From: an uncultured delta proteobacterium
GTDB lineage: Bacteria > Desulfobacterota > Binatia > Binatales > Binataceae
Direction: 5' to 3'
NCBI GenBank assembly: GCA_963765675.1
Contig: CAVXXK010000003.1
Coordinates: forward strand, 320,001 to 384,000
Length of the DNA stretch: 64,000 nt
Positions 57,765-64,000 of the stretch are shown piece after piece (position 1 is the stretch's first letter; the number at the start of each line of letters is the position of its first letter). The notes below the pieces were generated by a model that saw only the letters and a list, made by a program, of their open reading frames with translations, was not told where the DNA came from and did not search any database. Position numbers and translations under genes: made by a program.

Positions 57765-59963
57765 ACCATTGTTTCCTTTGGCGTGATTGGAACTGTTTTC
57801 ATGGAAAGGGATCATTTGAGAATAAGGCATCCAGGGTCTCTTCTCGACCTGAAGCGTGCCCTGCTGAACCGTGGCTTCCCAATTCGTGGTCTCACCGTCG
57901 AGCGAAAAACGAAGGTCAACTTTGGCCTTTCCGACCGCCAATCCGTGCAACGTCAGTTGCGGGAGCCATCTGGGCAACTCAGGATCGACGTACAACCGGC
58001 CATTGGGTGCATCTGCCTGCAATCCGAGGATCGCCCGCAACAGATGAAAGACGCTTCCCGCAGCCCACGCCTGAGGAACGTTCGCGCCAGGATATTGCAC
58101 CGGAAAGGTGCCCGCCTGATGTTCAATTCCTGCGTAGAGCTCGGGCAACTGATAGCTCACGAAATAGCTGGCAGCCTCGGAAATATCGCGCGCGATACGA
58201 GCAGCCTCTGCGGCGAATCCGTAGCGTTTGAAACCCAGCGCGATGATCCCGTTGTCGTGTGGCCAGACCGCACCACGCTGGTAGGAGAACGGGTTGTATG
58301 CGGGATTGTCGGCGGAGAGCGTGCGGATACCCCAGCCACTCCACATGTCGGGTTGCATGAGCCGCTTAACGACTCGGGCAGCATGCTCTGGAGTGACTAT
58401 TCCACTCCACAATAAATGTCCGGGATTCGATGCAATCGTACGGACGGGATGCTTGTCGGGGTCCAGTGCGAAGGCATAGAACCCAATGTCGTCGCACCAG
58501 AATCGCTGCTCGAATTTGCGGCGAAGGTGCGCGGCCTTGCGGCGCAACTCGCTCGCGCGCGCAATCTCGCCCAGATGATCGAACAACTCCGCCATCCGCA
58601 TCCAGGCGTCGAACACATACCCTTGCAGCTCACACAACGCCTTGGGTGCTTTAACCTGAGAGCCGTCGGGATACACAATCGCGTCGCCGGCATCCTTCCA
58701 GCTCATGTTTTCGGTGCCACGCGATGATCGGGACTGGTATTCCTGGAAACCGTCGCCGTCGAGGTCGCCGTAGCGATCGATCCATTTCAAGCAGCGCAAT
58801 GCCACGTCGCGGTACTCGCGGACTAATCCATCATCACCCGTCCACTTCCAGTTCTCGTGCAGCAGGATCAAGTAGAGCGGAGTCGCGTCGGCCGAGCCGT
58901 AGTAGGGTGTGTGGGGGACGCTATGGAAGTGCGCGAGCTCGCCAAAACGGATCTCGTGCATGATCTTGCCCGGATCCGCATCGCGGTAATCTTCGCTCTC
59001 GGTGGCTTGAAACTCGGCCAGCTTCTTGAGCGCTCCGCGAGCGAGGTCAGGGTTCACCGTCATATTTTGCAGGCTGGCAATCAGGCTGTCGCGACCGAAG
59101 AGCGTCACGAACCATGGCACTCCCGCCGCGGGCACCCAGACATCAGGCGCCATATCCTGATCGTGGAGCCTGAGCGCGCACATATCCTCGACTGATTGCC
59201 GATAGAGCCGATAAACGTCCTCGTTGGTCGAGGTCAGTTTGGTGGCTTCGCTCATCCATTCCTTGTGCAGAACGTCAAACCTGGTCGGATGCGAGGCGAA
59301 CAGACAGGTGCGCGAAGGCGCTGATCCGCGACCATCAGAGCCCAAGGAAAACTCACAACACGAATGCCATGAAGCGCCAGGCTTCAGCACGATCTCGAAC
59401 GTAACCCGGCCATTGGCATAACCGGGGGGAGACTCCGGCTGCATCCGATAAGTGAAGGTCCGCCTGAAGTCTTTATGAGTGTAGCGGGTCCGGAGCTCGT
59501 GGCGTTTTGGATCCCACTTCGTCTGGATTCGTCCGCGCCGAACAAACTGGTGTGATTTAACCTCGAACAAATCGGCGAAATCACTTCGCAACGCCAGCTC
59601 CAGGTTCAAGCGAATAGGCTTGAGCCCGTGATTACTCAAGTCGAGATCTTCGTGGATGCCTTCAGACGCCGATCTGCTGATGACCAGCGAAAGAGTGCCG
59701 GCCGCCACGTCACCGTCCAGCGTCGTGAACGGCTTGTTGGTCAAATATATTCGCGCGCCATAGTAGGTCACGCGACTGGAGGTGAGTCTCGTCCAACTCA
59801 CTCCGTTGGCGAAGATTGCATAGTAACTGACAAAACGTGTGTCGTTTGCGAATAACCCCTGCTCGCTATCCGCGGCGATCTCACCATTAAGATCAGTCAC
59901 CATGAAGGTGCTGCCGTGATTGATCGTTAGAAGTGGGGGCCCGATATTGATTTCTGCCGGCAT
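57765..59963 (-). CDS. Amylo-alpha-1,6-glucosidase / glycogen debranching enzyme family protein; no stop codon before the DUF488 gene
   Basis: GDE N-terminal domain (GLF.NDTRFVS), [60 protein letters not shown]. Confidence 0.92.
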
Positions 59964-60024
59964 ACTCTTATTGGCTGTCAGTGATGCCTATTGCTCGATC
60001 TGCCACGAGCAGAGATTTGCTTCG

Positions 60025-60756
60025 TTAGTATAGATGCCTTCCGCCATCGACCCGGATACATTCGCCGGTGACAAAGTCGGTCTCGACGAGAAACAGGACC
60101 GCCTTGGCGATTTCCTCGGCGCCGCCCCATCGGCCGAGCGGCGTGGCTTCGATAGCCTTAGCATTCTCCTCGGGAGTGAGATCGGGCGGGGCCAGAATGG
60201 GGCCGGGCGCAATGGCATTGACGAGGATCTCGGGAGACAGCTCGAGCGCCAGGCTTTCGGTAAGCGCCGCGACCGCGGCCTTGGATACATAGTACGGTAC
60301 GTAGCCTTTATACAGCGGACGACGGCTAGCCGGGAGCCAATCGGCAAAATTGACGATACGGCCGCCGCCGCTGGTCCTCATGACCGGCGCTGCATGAGTC
60401 GAAAACAAAAACGCGCTCTTCGCGTTGGTATCGAGCGTCTCCGACCAGTCGGCCGCGCTTGGATTAGGTGTGTTCACATAAACGCCAGCCATGTTGATTA
60501 GAATATCGAGTCGTCCGAGCGACTTCACTGTCTCGCGGACTGCCGCATCAATCTGCTCCTCGTCGGTCGCGTCAGCGCGGAGCACCGTCGCCGATACTCC
60601 GGCCGTCCTCGCTGCCGCGGCCGTCGTTTCGGCTTTGTCACGCGAACCGCGATAGGTCAGTGCAAGTGCGCAGCCGCGGACGGCTAGGGCATGAGCCACC
60701 GCCGTTCCAATACGCGAGCCGCCGGTTATCAGCGCAACTCTGCTCTTCGGGTCCAA
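60025..60756 (-). CDS. SDR, pteridine reductase/FolM-like
   Basis: TGGSRIG, YYVSK, NAIAPGPIL, VDGGRHL; AAGGAG RBS before TTG. Confidence 0.88.
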   Translation of the reverse strand: MDPKSRVALITGGSRIGTAVAHALAVRGCALALTYRGSRDKAETTAAAARTAGVSATVLRADATDEEQIDAAVRETVKSLGRLDILINMAGVYVNTPNPSAADWSETLDTNAKSAFLFSTHAAPVMRTSGGGRIVNFADWLPASRRPLYKGYVPYYVSKAAVAALTESLALELSPEILVNAIAPGPILAPPDLTPEENAKAIEATPLGRWGGAEEIAKAVLFLVETDFVTGECIRVDGGRHLY

Positions 60757-60849
60757 TGTTTCTCCTTCGTCAGGCGTGCCCGGACGACCGAAAAACGCAG
60801 TGAGCGATGCCCGCGCCGGTCATACGCGGGGATTCCGCTGTGACTCGGT

Positions 60850-62379
60850 TTAGATTCGTCGGCTGGATCTTTCCATTGCAACTTCATTCTCGAGGCTTTC
60901 GCGATCGCGTCCGACGGTCGCCACGGCCAGGGTTTTTCCAGCTCGCTGAAATGAGAGCTTGCAGTCTTGATCTTCGATACTTCCTTCCAAATCGAGTTTG
61001 TCCCACTTCTCGGCGTGACCGATGTAGTTGAGCGTAAAGTCGAACTGGGTAGTCCAGAAGAACGGCACGGCATCGAAGCGTTCGCGCGCGCCGAGTATAT
61101 TGCGCGCGGCGGTTTGTCCCTGGCGTTGGGCTAATACCCAATGCTCGACGCGAATATTGTCGCCGGTCAACGGATCGGGCCATCGCGCGATATCGCCGGC
61201 GGCGAAGATACCGGGAATGCTCGCTTCGAGATATTCGTTCACCGACACGCCACGATCGGTCTTGAGCTCGGCGTGCTCGGCAAGCTCGATGAGCGGTCTG
61301 ACGCCGATTCCGATCACGACCATGTCGGCGTTTATGGTCTGCCCGTCCTTGAGCGTCACTTTGTGTTCGTCGATCGCGACAACGCTCTGCTCAAGATGGA
61401 ATACCACCCCTTTGGTTTCGTGCAGGCGGTGGAGGTATTCGCCCACCTCTGGTCCCAGAATTCGCGCCATCGGCACCGCCTCGGGCGCAACAATGTGGAC
61501 CTTGAGCTTTCGCTGAATAAGAGAAGACGCAACCTCCATGGCGATGAAACTCGCGCCGATGAGGACAACTTGTTTGGCTTTTTTCGCTTTGGCCAAGATC
61601 GCGCGGCAGTCACTCTGCGTGCGCAAATAGCAAACATGCCGCAGGTCGGCGCCGGGGATCGCAAGCTTCACCGGCGCGGCGCCGGTCGCGAGCAGAAGCG
61701 CATCAAATTTTCGCTGTCTGCCACCGACGAGGCGAACCGACTTATGGTGTGGGTCGATCGCCGCAACCGGTGTTTTTAATAACAGTTCGATCTCATTCTT
61801 TTTGTAGAAATCGAGCGAACGGAGCGGAACCATCTTTTCGGTCGCGCTTCCGTTCATAAAGTCTTTCGATAACGTCGGACGATCGTAAGGAGCGCTTTCG
61901 TCTGCACTGATTACGGTGATGCCGCGGCTATATCCCTCACGCCGCAACATCTCCGCCGCGGCCTCTCCAGCCGCGCCGCCGCCCACAATTACGATACGAT
62001 CCGGTTTTTTCGCTGAAGGTGCCGCTGGGGGCTTCAGCGCGGGCGCTTTCTTGCCTACGAAAAGCTTGCCGTTGCGTATCTCCGTGTTCCAGGACCCCAC
62101 TGCGGAGAGTGCCGGTGCACGAAGCGCCTCTCCCGTGCGAAGACTGAAACAGGCGTGATGCCACGGGCATCTCACCGTATCCTCGACCATGATTCCTGTG
62201 GCCAGCGGAGCGCCGTAGTGGGTACAGATTGCGCCGATCGCAAAATAGTCGTCGCCGCGCCGCGCCACGAGTACCGGCTCTCCATCGACGTGACCCTGCA
62301 ACATGCCGCCGTCGGTAAACTTGGTCAGCGAGACTCCTCGCGCCAGATTAGGGCCGGTCAAGGCTTTGCTTTTGGCCAT
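60850..62379 (-). CDS. Rieske [2Fe-2S] / FAD-NAD(P)H oxidoreductase fusion (AIFM3-like ferredoxin reductase)
   Basis: CTH...CPWH Rieske ligands; GGGAAG, PYDRP.LSK, ATG, GASFIA, AAGD, RVEHW, VPFFWT.Q. Confidence 0.93.
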   Translation of the reverse strand: MAKSKALTGPNLARGVSLTKFTDGGMLQGHVDGEPVLVARRGDDYFAIGAICTHYGAPLATGIMVEDTVRCPWHHACFSLRTGEALRAPALSAVGSWNTEIRNGKLFVGKKAPALKPPAAPSAKKPDRIVIVGGGAAGEAAAEMLRREGYSRGITVISADESAPYDRPTLSKDFMNGSATEKMVPLRSLDFYKKNEIELLLKTPVAAIDPHHKSVRLVGGRQRKFDALLLATGAAPVKLAIPGADLRHVCYLRTQSDCRAILAKAKKAKQVVLIGASFIAMEVASSLIQRKLKVHIVAPEAVPMARILGPEVGEYLHRLHETKGVVFHLEQSVVAIDEHKVTLKDGQTINADMVVIGIGVRPLIELAEHAELKTDRGVSVNEYLEASIPGIFAAGDIARWPDPLTGDNIRVEHWVLAQRQGQTAARNILGARERFDAVPFFWTTQFDFTLNYIGHAEKWDKLDLEGSIEDQDCKLSFQRAGKTLAVATVGRDRESLENEVAMERSSRRI

Positions 62380-62409
62380 TCCATGCACCTTCTAATATCG
62401 AATCACTAA

Positions 62410-64000
62410 TCACTTGAGGCGGCTCAAAATTTCTTTCGCCACTTGCGCAACATGCTCCGGCGTGAAGCCAAATTCGCGCATCACGACCGGACCCGGCGCG
62501 GAAGCTCCGAAACGATTTACGCCGATGATCGCGCCGTCAGCGCCGACGTAGCGCTCCCATCCGAATGGAGAGGCCGCCTCGATACTCACCCGCGCACGGA
62601 CCTTCGGTGGCAGGACGGCGTCGCGATACTGCCGCGGCTGAGCGTCGAACAGTTCCCAACACGGCATCGAGACGACTCGGCTGCGAATCCCCTCTTTAAC
62701 GAGGCGCTCGTGAGCATCGAGGGCAAGTGAAACCTCAGAGCCGGTAGCGATCAAAATCACCTCGGGGTCGGCTTGAGATTTTCGCGCCTCTTTCAGGATG
62801 TACGCTCCCCGCTCCAGGCCGGAAGCGGGAGCGAGCACGCTACGGTCCAGCACTGGCAACTTTTGGCGCGTGAGCACCAAGCCCACCGGTCCGTCGCGTA
62901 TGCAGCAGTGCGACGCGCCACGCCTCCACGGTCTCGGTGGCATCGCTCGGCCGAATGATCATCATGTTCGGCATCGCACGAAGACTGGCTATCTGCTCGA
63001 CCGGCTGATGGGTCGGACCATCCTCGCCGAGCGCGATGCTGTCGTGGGTCCATACATAAATCACTCGCGCTTTGCTCAAAGCCGCCAGCCGAATTGCCGG
63101 CCTCATATAATCGGAGAATGAAAGAAAGGTGGCTCCAAACGGCAAGATCCCGCCGTGTAGTGCCATGCCTGTGATGATCGCGGCCATCGCATGCTCGCGC
63201 AGGCCAAAGTGAATGTTCCGGCCCGCGTAACCCCAAATTCCACCCGCCGTTCCCTGCGTGGGCGGCACCTTGCCGGACTCATCGACAGCAGGACACTCGA
63301 AGTCACCGCATCCGGTCATCGCGGTGCGTGTCGAAGGATCGAGATCTCCCGACCCGCCGACCAGGTTCGGTACTACACGGGCGAGCGCATTGATCACCTT
63401 GCCCCCGGCGTCGCGGGTCGCCATCTCTCCGTCGGCGGGAGTGAAGGCCGGGAGATTTTCTTCCCATCCCTGGGGAAGCTCGCCGGCGAGCGCCTGGGTA
63501 AGCTTCTTTGCCAAGTCGGGATGGGCACCACGGTAATCGTTCAATCGCTGATTCCACGTGGCTTCAAGCTCCGCGCCGCGCTCGACAGCTTTTCGAAACT
63601 CGCTGAGCGCCTCCTCCGGCACGTAAAACGTGCGATCTTCCGGCCATCCGAGCGCATCCTTGGTCAACCGCACTTCCTCGACGCCGAGCGGTTCACCATG
63701 CGCATGCCACGTGTCCTGTTTGTGCGGACTGCCGTATCCGATATGGGTGCGTCCCACGATCAACGACGGTCGATCTTCGACGGCTCGAGCTGCGGTTAGC
63801 GCCGCGTCCACGGCCGCGGAATCCTGGCCGTCGATCTGCTGCACATGCCAGCCGTATGCCTGGAAGCGCGCAGCCACGTCCTCGGAAAACGTGATATTGG
63901 TCGTCGCCGACAGAGTGATCAGGTTCGAGTCGTAGAGCATGATCAGCCGGCCGAGCCGCAGAGCACCAGCGAGCGAGGCGGCCTCGGCCGCGACTCCTTC
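62410..64000 (-). CDS. tkt: Transketolase, 5' end outside the window, one +1 frameshift (~62900)
   Basis: [49 protein letters not shown], then /[26 protein letters not shown]. Confidence 0.96.

Overview
High-GC bacterial chromosome segment. Gene content (DUF1302 outer-membrane protein, several luciferase-like monooxygenases, hydrolases, MFS transporters) suggests a soil Binatia/Binatota-like organism; this is an inference, not a database result. Positions 1-52340 are mostly core or metabolic genes: nadE, an ABC-F ATPase, a complete aa3-type cytochrome c oxidase operon with heme a/o synthesis, fadD, an orphan Tad minor-pilin trio and a cobalamin-riboswitch-controlled tonB. From about 52340 there is a visibly more AT-rich stretch holding a decayed RHS polymorphic-toxin/immunity array and a molybdoenzyme fragment, then a carbon-storage/redox cluster ending in transketolase. 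Most notable: (1) a 1297-aa REase-TPR-GreAB-C-PIN protein whose N-terminal nuclease looks inactivated, divergent from ABC-F; (2) a compact B12 riboswitch-tonB module bracketed exactly by two copies of a nested palindromic repeat; (3) an RHS toxin-tip/immunity tandem array with an in-frame palindromic-element insertion; (4) two unannotated small membrane proteins in the oxidase operon. Six +1 single-base frameshifts in otherwise intact genes most likely reflect long-read consensus errors. No tRNA, rRNA, CRISPR array, integrase or intact transposase was seen.
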